Positions 11,735 to 23,409 of a stretch of 64,000 nucleotides of DNA are shown in pieces. The translations under genes and the position numbers were made by a program. The stretch spans positions 374,604,001-374,668,000 of the forward strand of contig OZ024743.1 in assembly GCA_964016885.1 (NCBI GenBank), given 5' to 3'. The DNA comes from Eledone cirrhosa (taxonomy: Eukaryota). Position 1 is the stretch's first letter, and each line of letters opens with the position of its first letter. A model generated the notes under the pieces. That model had not been told where the DNA came from and did not search any database. It saw only the letters and a program-made list of their open reading frames with translations.

Positions 11735-11800
11735 GAGCGGAACAAGTAAACATTAAACAATCTTTTAAATAAATTAAAATACGATTTAAATATTCACCTG

Positions 11801-11844
11801 TTCTAATGCTGTTACCGACGGTTTCGCTTATCAAAAGATTGGAA
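11801..11844 (-). ncRNA. Minimal type I hammerhead, U3-A8 variant, essentially no stem II
   Basis: - strand ttccaatctt-TTGATAA-GC-GAAAC-CGTCG-GTA-acagcattagaa; stem I is imperfect. Confidence 0.5.
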
Positions 11845-11939
11845 ATTCAGAGAATTTCCAATGTAAAGAATCAGCTCTTAAGACAGCTATTTCCATTCTA
11901 TAGGGCATAAAGCCTCACAGTTTGTAAATATATCGCTTC

Positions 11940-11977
<38 letters not shown>

Positions 11978-12420
11978 CACAGGTTTTGAACCAAAGATAC
12001 GATACAAGTGTATATAAACCCTCAAGATATATAGCTAACCATGTAAACATGTCATATTCACGTATTTCAATTTAGGTTGAAAAGGATGAACAGCTTCAAG
12101 TCTAGTTTCAATCTTTGTTAAAATCATCTCCCGAATCTATCTACACCATTACAATCCACAAATAAATACAAAACTAAGGACTGTATGTATATATATGAAT
12201 ATATCATGTGTACATATTTAAATATAGAAATATATAATTTGTGTGAATATAAACACGTAAATTAACTAGAACACTGTACTACTTGTATAGAGATATGAAT
12301 TTATAACCCCCCTCTCTCTCTATATATATATATATATTTATATATATATAAATAATATATATTTTCATATAAACATACATAAATATACACACATACACAC
12401 TAACAAGCACAAACACACTT

Positions 12421-12460
<40 letters not shown>

Positions 12461-12874
12461 AACTATGTTTATATATATATATTATAAAAGTGTGTATATA
12501 TATATATGCGTGTGTAAATATATATATAAGTGAGCGAACAAGAAGATGTATATAAATATGTGTGCACGCGTTTGTCCGTCTTTAGCACACGACGTAAAGT
12601 TTATTTGCTAGTTACATCTAGTTTAACAAGAATAATAGGTTGAGACTGTATAAATATATCTTGTATATTTATGAGGTTGTATGCAATTAACTCTATCAGA
12701 CATAAATAACATTTTAGTGAATAAAATTGAAAAGATCTATTATATAGTTTGGATGTTAAAGTACAGAGAATTCACATTGAAAACTACTGAAACAAGAGAG
12801 ATACATGTACATATGTGGACATATAAAAGTGCGCTCGAGCCCACATACATACACATGCGTGTACGCACACATTT

Positions 12875-13158
<284 letters not shown>

Positions 13159-13221
13159 TAATCGGGTCTCGATTTTCAGCCCCATGGATTTTACCTATTA
13201 CATTCACGTATTATATTTCGA

Positions 13222-13279
13222 ATACCTGATGATATCACCGGATTCATACGGAACCCGGTCATTGAAATGATCATAGTAT
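13222..13279 (+). ncRNA. Type I hammerhead ribozyme (family C) in a cassette bounded by (TA)n
   Basis: ATAC-CTGATGA(13226)-tatcaccgg...ccggtcatt-GAAA(13264)-TGATCA-TA|GTAT, followed by AATAAA; palindromic stem III loop. Confidence 0.72.
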
Positions 13280-13477
13280 AATAAACCTTTCAAGGATTTA
13301 CACAAATCCAGCCTCCTGTCATTTCATTATAATATTTAACTCCGTAATAGCACCACCAACTACAAAAACAAAGACGGTTGAACTGCTTTACGTTGAGTAC
13401 TCTCTATATTATTGCATTACGATTGACCATACGGAATAGACCAGCTCTATACAGTGGTGAACCTCAAACCTGAATAA

Positions 13478-13931
<454 letters not shown>

Positions 13932-13997
13932 TTTGATAAGTTTCAGCCAGTATTGCCCAAGCGATGTCTAACGTTTAGCATCACACACACACGCACG

Positions 13998-14068
<71 letters not shown>

Positions 14069-14281
14069 CGTTTCTGAATTTGTTTAGCAAGATTCTTTAT
14101 CTGAAATCGTGTGTTGAAACCGATATTGTTATACTTTGGGAGGGTCATGTTGCCAATAAGAAACACACGCACCAGTTGCTTTCACTTCAATTTAATTTAT
14201 TAAATATTTATAAATTTACAAATTTATAAATTTCTGGTTGGTTGGTTGGTTCCACAACCAGATAGTTGTTTATATATATAT

Positions 14282-14326
14282 AGTCATAGTTCTTTCGTCA
14301 CACACTCTGTGTCCTCTTCAGTGACT
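14282..14326 (-). ncRNA. Minimal type I hammerhead ribozyme of the PLE 3' terminal repeat
   Basis: - strand AGTCA-CTGAAGA-gg ACACA gag TGTGT gac-GAAA-G aa C-TA|TGACT; perfect 5-bp stem I; same strand as the ORF, about 300 nt after the stop. Confidence 0.8.
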
Positions 14327-14631
14327 GGGGATTTCTTTCTTCGTTTCTGTGCCTTTCCTTTCTTCTATCCTACGCCATTTTGTTTGTGTGTGGGTTGCGT
14401 GCTCAGTTTGCGCATGCGCCACATCCGGGTATCTGTGTGTGTTTGTGTTCATTTTTCTATTTTTCTATTTATATTTTTCTATTTGTTTGTTTATTTATTT
14501 ATTTATTGTTGGTTGGTTGTTTGTTCTATGTGTGTGTGTGTTTTCATTTTGTCTTGTGTGTGTTTTCATTTTGTGTGTGTTTTCAATTGTAAGTTGTTTG
14601 TTCTATGTGTGTGTGTGTTTTCATTTTGTCC

Positions 14632-16605
14632 CTAATTGTAAGTTGTGATGTTGCTGTTCCACTCATATTTTCTATTTAATTTTGGTTTTAATTCTTTTAT
14701 GCTTACTGCCTCTGTAATTTGCCTAAACATTGCGTCTTTCTTGTGTGTGGATTCTATTTTTATTTCTATGCTCTCTAATTTACCCCTGTGTTCTATCTTA
14801 GCATGTTGGTAGAGCACAGATGATTCTTTACTATCTTGGAGGTCTCGCCAGTGTTCATTTATTCGTTCCCCTATACTACGAGCTGTCTCACCTATGTACA
14901 CTACATTTTTGTTTCTACATTGTCCTTCAGTACATCTTATGCTATATACTACATTTCTAGTTTTACAGTTAATATGGGGGCTTATTTTACAGGTTATACA
15001 TTTCTTATCTATACATGAGGGTCTTTGGAACGGGTATGTCTTGCTAATAAGTGTTTTTACGGAGGTACCAGGTCTTTCTACTATCTTAATATTGAGATTA
15101 TGTTTCTTTAGGGCCCTTCTAAATTTGTAGGCTAGTTCGCCTCTAGGGGTTGTATTGATGAACATTACACTCTGGTATTTATTGCTATCATACCATGAGT
15201 TTATTCTATTGGCCTTGTTCTTAGTTCTTTCTATTCTATTCCAAAATTTGCTCCTATACAAGGGGCAGGTCCCATTTATGTCATTATTTACCATTTTTTC
15301 CCATTTGGTTCTGGCTCCTTTATACACTCTGATTCTATCTCTCTGATTGTAGCCAGAGAACTGCATACGGTGGATGAAGTGTTGTATGTGTCTCTCTAGT
15401 TCTTCGGGGTTGCACATGCGGGACACATTTCTCATCACCCGTACCAAATCCGCAATCAGTATGTTGATTTTGGTATGGTCCGAAATGGCCGAGTTTCGGT
15501 GGATCAGATGTTTGGAAGTCATGGGTTTGGCATAATGGGAATGGAGGATTTGTTTTTGGTTGTTAATAGTATCTAACCAGAGCTCTGTGTCTAGTACAGG
15601 TAATCGATGGTTGGGGTGTCTACTTGGGTAGTCTATAGTAACTCTAATGCTCTGGTGGATGGAGTTTGCTATTTGCTGGATGCTTTCCATTGTGTTTTTC
15701 TCTAGTTCCTGACTGTTCTTTAGTGGGGGTGTCTTAACTACGATGTTTATATCATCTACGTAGCGGGAGTACATTATCAGGGTTAAGCTGTCTTCTAATT
15801 GTTCATTAAGTTTTTGTTTAAGTCTACTGTCCCACCATACCATGAATAAGTTAGCTATGTCGCCTGCAATGCTAACACCAATGGCTGCTCCTTCCTCTTG
15901 GGCATATGTTTTACCATTAAATTTGAACATATGTTCCTTAAGGGTTAGTTTTATGCTGGCCCCTACCGCATGTGCAATCATTTTCTTCAGTTCATCGTGG
16001 TTTTCGGGTGTCCGTATGGCTCTGGTCCACCCGTTCCATCTATCTGTGTGGGTTTTCTTGGCCATTGAGGTAATGGTAGGTGGTCTGCCTCTTGCTGGTC
16101 TTGTAGGGCACAGGTTGCTAAGGTCATAAGTGTCTAGGTAACTATTACTATGGGTAAGCTTAAGTAGCAGTCCCAGCTCACTGGTATCAATCCCACGGAA
16201 CTCAACCTTGCTCTCGCTGATCATTTCGACGCATTTCTCCACAGCAAAATCCACGTCAATAGATGGATACAGGGACACAACATCCATACTGCCTATTATG
16301 CAGTTTGTTAGGTCCCCAGATCGGTTACCCGCGCCGATTCTGCTGAGGAGGTCCTCCGTGCTGTCACACACATCTGGGGACATCTCAATGATGGGGCGTA
16401 TGATCAGGGAGAGGAAGTAGGACAGTCTGTAGTTACTAGCAATGTTAGCCCCACAGACTGGCCGTGTTGGTGGTCCCGCGACAGGGTCCCAGCCCGTTTT
16501 ATGGTCTTTACGAAGCCCATACAACGCCGGCACGTCATTGTTCCAGGCCTGGAAGTTGTTGGCAGTCCTTTTGTTGGGCTGCATTATATTTGTCCACATC
16601 ACCAT
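14632..16605 (-). CDS. Penelope-like reverse transcriptase / GIY-YIG endonuclease (657 aa main frame)
   Basis: RT motifs YGLRKDHK, TRPVC, GSMDVVSLYPSI, QEEGAAIG, YSRYVDD, LPVLD. Cys linker CIDKKCITC. GIY-YIG VVYSIRC...C...VYIGETARSIGERINEH...H and ITEAV...PKLNRK. Confidence 0.93.
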   Translation of the reverse strand: MVMWTNIMQPNKRTANNFQAWNNDVPALYGLRKDHKTGWDPVAGPPTRPVCGANIASNYRLSYFLSLIIRPIIEMSPDVCDSTEDLLSRIGAGNRSGDLTNCIIGSMDVVSLYPSIDVDFAVEKCVEMISESKVEFRGIDTSELGLLLKLTHSNSYLDTYDLSNLCPTRPARGRPPTITSMAKKTHTDRWNGWTRAIRTPENHDELKKMIAHAVGASIKLTLKEHMFKFNGKTYAQEEGAAIGVSIAGDIANLFMVWWDSRLKQKLNEQLEDSLTLIMYSRYVDDINIVVKTPPLKNSQELEKNTMESIQQIANSIHQSIRVTIDYPSRHPNHRLPVLDTELWLDTINNQKQILHSHYAKPMTSKHLIHRNSAISDHTKINILIADLVRVMRNVSRMCNPEELERHIQHFIHRMQFSGYNQRDRIRVYKGARTKWEKMVNNDINGTCPLYRSKFWNRIERTKNKANRINSWYDSNKYQSVMFINTTPRGELAYKFRRALKKHNLNIKIVERPGTSVKTLISKTYPFQRPSCIDKKCITCKISPHINCKTRNVVYSIRCTEGQCRNKNVVYIGETARSIGERINEHWRDLQDSKESSVLYQHAKIEHRGKLESIEIKIESTHKKDAMFRQITEAVSIKELKPKLNRKYEWNSNITTYN

Positions 16606-16864
16606 ATGGGCATTGAGGGTTTTTCTCTATCCTCATGCTCCTGTGGTGTTACCTCTCTTGTGTTAGTGATGTGGGGTTGCATTGCCTGGATGTAGTTTGG
16701 CAGGCTGTCAACCGACATTCTGCCAGACTTGTCTGTTGTAAAGCATGCTATATCTCCATTACGCGAGCGCTGCATGAGCTTACGCAAGCCATTTGCAGAT
16801 TCTTCTCCCAGTTGCTGGGCCTCTATTCTATTATGCTTCTTGCTATACTGTTCTATACTGTTCT
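16606..16864 (-). pseudogene. Frameshifted N-terminal continuation of the PLE ORF
   Basis: NSIEQYSKKHNRIEAQQLGEESANGLRKLMQRSRNGDIACFTTDKSGR...EDREK; one extra A in the A5 run (+ strand T5, 16620-16624) restores REKTLNAHMVMW in frame with the main ORF. Confidence 0.8.
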
Positions 16865-16868
16865 ATAT

Positions 16869-18616
16869 AAACAAGCCGCTGCTCCGTCTGTCCAATGTCC
16901 TACAGACGACCTGGAGCTCCGTCTGTCCAATGTTCTACAGACAACCTGGATCTCCGTCTGTCCAATGTCCTACAGACGACCTGGAGCTCCGTCTGTCCAA
17001 TGTCCTACAGACGACCTGGAGCTCCGTCTGTCCAATGTCCTACAGACAACCTGGATCTCCGTCTGTCCAATGTCCTACAGACGACCTGGAGCTCCGTCTG
17101 TCCAATGTCCTACAGACGACCTGGAGCTCCGTCTGTCCAATGTTCTACAGACAACCTGGAGCTCCGTCTGTCCAATGTCCTACAGACAACCTGGAGCTCC
17201 GTCTGTCCAATGTCCTACAGACAATCTGGATCTCCGTCTGTCCAATGTTCTACAGACGACCTGGAGCTCCGTCTGTCCAATGTCCTACAGACGACCTGGA
17301 GCTCCGTCTGTCCAATGTTCTACAGACAACCTGGAGCTCCGTCTGTCCAATGTCCTACAGACAATCTGGATCTCCGTCTGTCCAATGTTCTACAGACGAC
17401 CTGGAGCTCCGTCTGTCCAATGTCCTACAGACGACCTGGAGCTCCGTCTGTCCAATGTCCTACAGACAACCTGGAGCTCTGTCTGTCCAATGTCCTACAG
17501 ACAACCTGGGACTCTGTCTGTCCAATGTTCTACAAACAAGCCGCTGCTCCGTCTGTCCAATGTCCTACAAACAACCTGGATCTCCGTCTATCCAATGTCC
17601 TACAAACAAGCCGCTGCTCCGTCTGTCCAATGTCCTACAAACAACCTGGATCTCCGTCTGTCCAATGTCCTACAAACAAGCCGCTTCTCCGTCTGCCCAA
17701 TGTCCTACAAACAACCCGCTTCTCCGTCTGTCCAATGTCCTACAAACAAGCCGCTTCTCCGTCTGTCCAATGTCCTACAAACAACCCGCTGCTCCGTCTG
17801 TCCAATGTCCTACAAACAAGCCGCTGCTCCGTCTATCCAATGTCCTACAAACAAGCCGCTTCTCCGTCTGTCCAATGTCCTACAAACAACCCGCTGCTCC
17901 GTCTGTCAATGTCCTACAAACAACCCGCTGCTCCGTCTGTCCAATGTCCTACAAACAACCCGCTGCTCCGTCAGTCAATGTCCTACAAACAAGCCGCTTC
18001 TCCGTCTGTCCAATGTCTTACAAACAAGCCGCTGCTCCGTCTGTCCAATGTCTTACAAACAAGCCGCTGCTCCGTCTGTCCAATGTCCTACAAACAAGCC
18101 GCTTCTCCGTCTGTCCAATGTCCTACAAACAAGCCGCTGCTCCGTCTGTCCAATGTCTTACAAACAAGCCGCTGCTCCGTCTGTCCAATGTCCTACAAAC
18201 AACCCGCTGCTCCGTCTGTCAATGTCCTACAAACAACCCGCTGCTCCGTCTGTCCAATGTCCTACAAACAACCCGCTGCTCCGTCTGTCAATGTCCTACA
18301 AACAACCCGCTGCTCCGTCTGTCCAATGTCTTACAAACAAGCTGCTTCTCCGTCTGTCCAATGTCCTACAAACAAGCCGCTGCTCAGTCTGTCCAATGTC
18401 CTACAAACAAGCTGCTTCTCCGTCTGTCCAATGTCCTACAAACAAGCCGCTGCTCAGTCTGTCCAATGTCCTACAAACAAGCTGCTTCTCCGTCTGTCCA
18501 ATGTCCTACAAACAAGCCGCTGCTCAGTCTGTCCAATGTCCTACAAACAAGCTGCTTCTCCGTCTGTCCAATGTCCTACAAACAAGCCGCTGCTCAGTCT
18601 GTCCATTGTCCTACAG
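16869..18616. repeat. 35-bp GC-rich minisatellite, about 50 copies, two subtypes
   Basis: Unit ccgtctgtccaatgtcctacagacgacctggagct on the left grades into ccgtctgtccaatgtcctacaaacaagccgctgct on the right; period 35 (16886, 16921, 16956...). Confidence 0.95.
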
Positions 18617-19475
18617 CAACCGATGACGGAGATATACATACAATCAACGTCAGCTGTTTTAAAATGATTTGCACATGCTGTTATTATACACAAGTAGTGA
18701 GTAACTTAGATCTCTGCAGGGGACACAAATAGGGAGAGCAATGACGAAATCCCCCGCTCATCAGATATTAAACAATAGGTTTAATTCACACCTTGGCAGT
18801 ACATCAGCATAACCACAGCCTTGTTGATGGAATGAGCCAGAGACGATTGAATCAATCGTATTGAAGAAGCTATTTTTTCCACCACCATAGTAAACTAACA
18901 TACTTCCCTTGATGACAATGTAAAAAGGTCAAATATTGAACTTTTAATATGTCCCAGCTCAATTTCTTATTTCTTCAAATCCTAAGGTTATACTTATAAT
19001 TCCTTTGTCTTAAGTGAATATTTTTCATTTAAATGAATTTTTTTCATTTAAATGGGTGAAACTGAAACTGCAGAACTTGTCTATCTGAGAAGTACTTGAT
19101 ATCTTTAAGCGGAGACTAGAAGTATTATTTCATTGGTGCCATCAGGGCAATTTCCTCCTGGGCAGTTTCCAAAAGTATAAAAGTCGAAGGCCTACTGACT
19201 CAAATCAATGACCAAAAAATGTAATATGAGCCGCAGCGTAAATTTTTCTTAATGATCATTCTTCACAAGTAAGTCTTAAATCATAGGAGGGCAGCTACGT
19301 GTATCGAATACCGGCCATGTACTTGACCACGTGACCTACCTTCGCTAATGAGAAACGACCAATTTAGTGTTTCGTGATGCAAAAACAGCTTCATGCGCTA
19401 TATATTATCAAACTGATTTCATATATGGCTTGTGTGCATGAAACTTCGACTAACAATTGAGTGATTCACTTATAT

Positions 19476-19581
<106 letters not shown>

Positions 19582-19652
19582 CTGTGTGTGCATAAACATA
19601 TTATATATATATATATACATGTGTAAATATGAATATATATATACATATATAT

Positions 19653-20611
19653 ACTAGACATGAAAAATGCGCAAGCTCAAAAGTGCCACAGAATGTTATA
19701 ATAAACCTTCAAAAGTGTGGGACTAGAGTTGTTGCTAAAAAATATTGTAATCATTATATATCGTACATTCTGTGGCATCCTTTATAAAAATAGCTTAAAC
19801 CAACGAAGCCTTTATTTTTACGCTATTTCACTTAGTTAATTCTTAGAGTGTAACATATAAAAATATGATTTACAACTATAAAATAAATTAATTAATATAA
19901 TAACAGAGCTGCGGAGCTGAAATTTAGGAAATAATGGAGTATCGGATCCTGAGTTGGAGCCAGTCAATTTTTGGCCGACTCCGCAGCCCTGTATAATACA
20001 TTTCATATTAAAGTTATTAATAAACCTATTTTACACTGCATGCAAAAATTACCATGAGATATTGATATTAGATATAAGATACAGCGCAATATCTACAGCT
20101 GTAAAAGTACGAAAGCGAAGTAATAATAAGTGGCTTAAGGTAATTCCAATATGAAAGTTTGTAGTGATAAAAATTTGATAATGCAATACGATTGTTAATA
20201 TTATAGTTCTATGAAAATGTAACAATAGATAACTAAATTATTTTACTATTAGTATATTTAAGAAATTATCATTATAGATTTGATCGTTCATATAAGCATC
20301 ATATTAATTTTCAACACAATTATTTTGTTACTATGAGTATATGATAATAATATTACGTAATTATTTATAGCTGTTATTACATTAAACATAGATGTATTTA
20401 TTTTTATATGTTACACTCTAAGAATTAACTAAGTGAAATAGCGTAAAAATAAAGGCTTCGTTGGTTTAAGCTATTTTTATAAAGGATGCCACAGAATGTA
20501 CGATATATAATGATTACAATATTTTTTAGCAACAACTCTAGTCCCACACTTTTGAAGGTTTATTATAACATTCTGTGGCACTTTTGAGCTTGCGCATTTT
20601 TCATGTCTAGT
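19653..20611. mobile_element. Foldback-like structure with 213-bp apparently perfect inverted arms
   Basis: 19653-19865 is the reverse complement of 20399-20611; termini ACTAG...CTAGT. Confidence 0.8.
19904..19991. mobile_element. Short hAT-like MITE
   Basis: TIRs CAGAGCTGCGGAG / CTCCGCAGCCCTG, flanked by a near-identical 8-mer (tataataa / tataatac). Confidence 0.6.
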
Positions 20612-21167
20612 TTAATATTTTTTTAAGGCAACGCTTGTAATAACTCTAGTTAAACAGGATATATATTAATAATAAATTATCGTTGTAATGTAATTAGATT
20701 ATGTAATTGTTATTATAAATTATCTTATAAATATTAGTGTAAGATGTATAAAAATATTTTCAGACTTTTAATATAAACAACTACAAAAAACAATCAATAT
20801 TAAATCAATATATTATACATAATAGAAAACATAAAATAAACAATACAAAAACAAAATATTTACATACAATTGCAATTATCAGTGTATATACATTTTCTTT
20901 ATATTCCCTGAGCAAATTAATAAGATTTGTTTTTATTGTACATAATTTGATGACTTGTTGGAGTGTATTAAAAGATAGCAACAATTTGTGATTAAATTGT
21001 TATCTTAAGCAACTCACTTTTTAATAGTTGTTGGCTGAGCGAAATTGTAAAAGCCTATGAGCAAATATAAAAAAAAATACACAAACAACATTTCCTTGTG
21101 TTATTACAACATTAGATAAAATAATTGAGCAATGTCGTTATATTTTGCTCTTATTGCACATTAATAG

Positions 21168-21335
21168 TGTTTCTATTTTTCGGCACAAATCCATTACGGC
21201 AGTCCATTACTGGTACTTTATTTTATCGAATTAGTAAGTATGAAAGTCGAAGTTAACCTCGGCAGGATTTGAACTTAGAATGCAAAGGACCATAACAATA
21301 CTGCAAAGCATGGTGTCTGACGCTCTACCAATACT
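21168..21335 (-). mobile_element. tRNA-derived SINE copy (Nin/Deu-like core)
   Basis: ctggtactttattttatcga...gttaacctcggcaggatttgaac; same family as 2666-2853. Confidence 0.75.
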
Positions 21336-21802
21336 TGTGTTGAGCTGGTCATTAATTTATGGTGGTCGTGCGCGGAGTAGAGCAATCGCTAGTTGAAATA
21401 TTATGAACAAAACATTTTTATTTGCCGAAGAACATATTTTCAATACTGTTTGTGAATGTGACGAAGGAAATACATTCTGATATGGAACAGTGTACAAAGT
21501 GTGTCTGTGAATAACATAATGTTACCTCATGTTGTTGTCAAGACATAATGGATTTCGTATATCCAGTTAGAAGATGAAACCTAGCCATCTCGGATTAGTT
21601 ATATTTCATGCCATGTGTAAACGTGTTTGAGAATAGCAAAATATGCGTGTTTCTTGTCTGGAAACTTTCTGCTAAACTGATTGGTTTCGTTTTTGGCACT
21701 ATACAATACTCATCCAACAGATAGCTGTATTGGATCCTTGATTGGTTAATATTTAGGTGAGGGTGCTTGATGCAGAGTTAGTGCAAAATGGATCAATGAG
21801 TG

Positions 21803-22460
21803 TAATAATAATAATGATAATAATAATTAAAATATTGTGTACAATGCTGAGGTGCACTACAACTCATCAAAAGTGCATATATAATACATAGGGTAATATA
21901 AAAACGTCAGGAAAAAAGAACAGTGCTTGAGTCATGATATACACATATGTGCATGTGTATGGAAGGGGGACATCAGGTGTAGTTTTGGTGTATTTCGGAA
22001 TGTATGATAGTTTTAAAGGATGCAGTGTGTCATCAGCTAACAACTGATGCAGGAAGTTTGTTCCATCCTTCAGCAACTCTGAGCATGAAGAAATATTTCC
22101 TAAAGTCATGGGAGCTGTGTTGTTTTCTGACTTTGTAGGCATGTCCACGTGTTAGACACATGGAGATCAAAAAGGTGTTCGGGGTTGTTGTTGGTCGGAT
22201 GGTTAATAACTTTGTGGGTGTTTACCAAGTCCATTGCCAGAGGGAAGCAAAATATTCAGGGTATGGTAGGTGTCTGATGGAGGGTATGCGCTTGGTTGCA
22301 TGTCTCTGAACAGTTTCCAGGAGGTCAATGTTCTGAGCAAGATAGGGGTTCCAGACTGATGACGCGAACTCCAAGTGTATTCGTACCATAGATGTATACA
22401 GCTTTAAATAGATGGCTGGAGAGCAGCTAATGAAGGTCTTGCTGATTGATGCCAAGTCAA
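21803..22460 (-). mobile_element. CR1-clade LINE 3' fragment with (TTA)n tail
   Basis: KLYTSMVRIHLEFASSVWNPYLAQNIDLLETVQRHATKRIP matches the CR1/L2 LY...VRxxLEY..xVWxP...LExVQRxATK motif; tail at 21803-21826. Confidence 0.85.
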
Positions 22461-22667
22461 TCTTAATAAATTGACTGATTTATCTGTTCACTACTGCTAA
22501 TCCACCGCTGTTTGTACAATTTTTTAGATAATGTCAATTTGAGCTTGAATCATTGGCGTAATGAAATTTGAAAAGATTATAAGCAAATCTTTTTTAAAAT
22601 ACACAGACAACATTTAACTGTATCGTTGCAACATTAGATCTAATAATGGAGCAACATTTGTGCAGAA

Positions 22668-23132
22668 TTATTGTTTGTGCAATAAGATATTTGCAGATCT
22701 GTACTTGGTCTGCTCTTTAGCCAACTCGGTACGTTTAGAAGCTCTACGCTCGGCTTGCTTTTGAGATATAATAACTGAATTTGCAGATCTATACTTGGTC
22801 TGCTTGTTTGCCAACTCATACCGTTTTGAACATCTATACTTGGCCTGTTTTTGTGTTAATTTAGCAAAATTCACAGCTCTATAATCGGCCTGTTTTTGTC
22901 TCAACTTCTCCCGATTCCGCATCCGGTAAGCTGCTTTCACATCCAATTTAATACGCCCATCTAGATTATTAGCACAGGAATGTGAACAAGCTTGTGGGAC
23001 CGCATCATTGTAAGTATATGAACTGCCTGCAACATCAAGACCCAATTCACAAGTGCAGCGTTGCTCATTCACATCGGCAGTGGGGACACCAAAATCAGTG
23101 ACAGGTCTCGATTCACTCGCGAGATACATCAC
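22668..23132 (-). other. 154-aa ORF with basic 15-aa repeats; probably a transposon-derived fragment
   Basis: YRMRNREKLRQKQAD / YRAVNFAKLTQKQAK / YRCSKRYELANKQTK / YRSANSVIISQKQAE / RRASKRTELAKEQTK / YRSAN. Confidence 0.4.
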
Positions 23133-23160
23133 AGCTACACTATATATTTAAACATATATA

Positions 23161-23222
23161 CAGTGATACCTCGCTACTTGGCGGTTCAACTATCGCGGAT
23201 TCACGATTTCGCGCATTTTTAG
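23161..23222 (+). mobile_element. Pogo/Tigger-like (Tc1/mariner) terminal fragment
   Basis: TA-CAGTGATACCTCGC...TCGCGGATTCACGATTTCGCG. Confidence 0.55.
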
Positions 23223-23409
23223 AATATATATATGAACACCTAAAATTTTTCATTAAATCCATTAAAATATTAATAATAAACACAGTTCTAATCATACGCT
23301 ATATATATATATATATAAATATAAGTAATTAATACCGTATAAATGGTACAAAGACTGTTTATGTAAAATGTATTTCTCAACAGAGTATTGAATACTTAGG
23401 AGAAATTCA

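Larger units (their letters stand above)
14066..16868 (-). mobile_element. 5'-truncated Penelope-like retroelement (probably Naiad clade)
   Basis: RT + GIY-YIG ORF, AC-rich 3' UTR and a hammerhead in the 3' terminal region. The 3' end abuts (TA)n and the 5' end abuts the 35-bp minisatellite. Confidence 0.9.

Noticed and set aside
12085-12135. Possible additional hammerhead on the - strand (gagatga...gaaac)
   Set aside because: Core is mismatched and there is no convincing stem I or stem III
14632-16605. Selenocysteine-containing PLE protein, telomerase or bacterial retron/group II RT
   Set aside because: No in-frame TGA; the C-terminal GIY-YIG and 3' hammerhead identify a Penelope-like element
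16612-16630. Programmed -1 ribosomal frameshift
   Set aside because: No canonical in-frame X XXY YYZ heptamer; PLEs normally have one ORF; a homopolymer indel is simpler
16886-16907. Common origin of the 35-bp and 51-bp repeats (both have gtct…agac hairpins)
   Set aside because: Similarity is limited to a few bases and cannot be distinguished from chance by eye
16635-18732. Three overlapping 590-667 aa + strand ORFs
   Set aside because: All three frames cycle through the same peptide because the 35-bp unit lacks stops on that strand; minisatellite artefact
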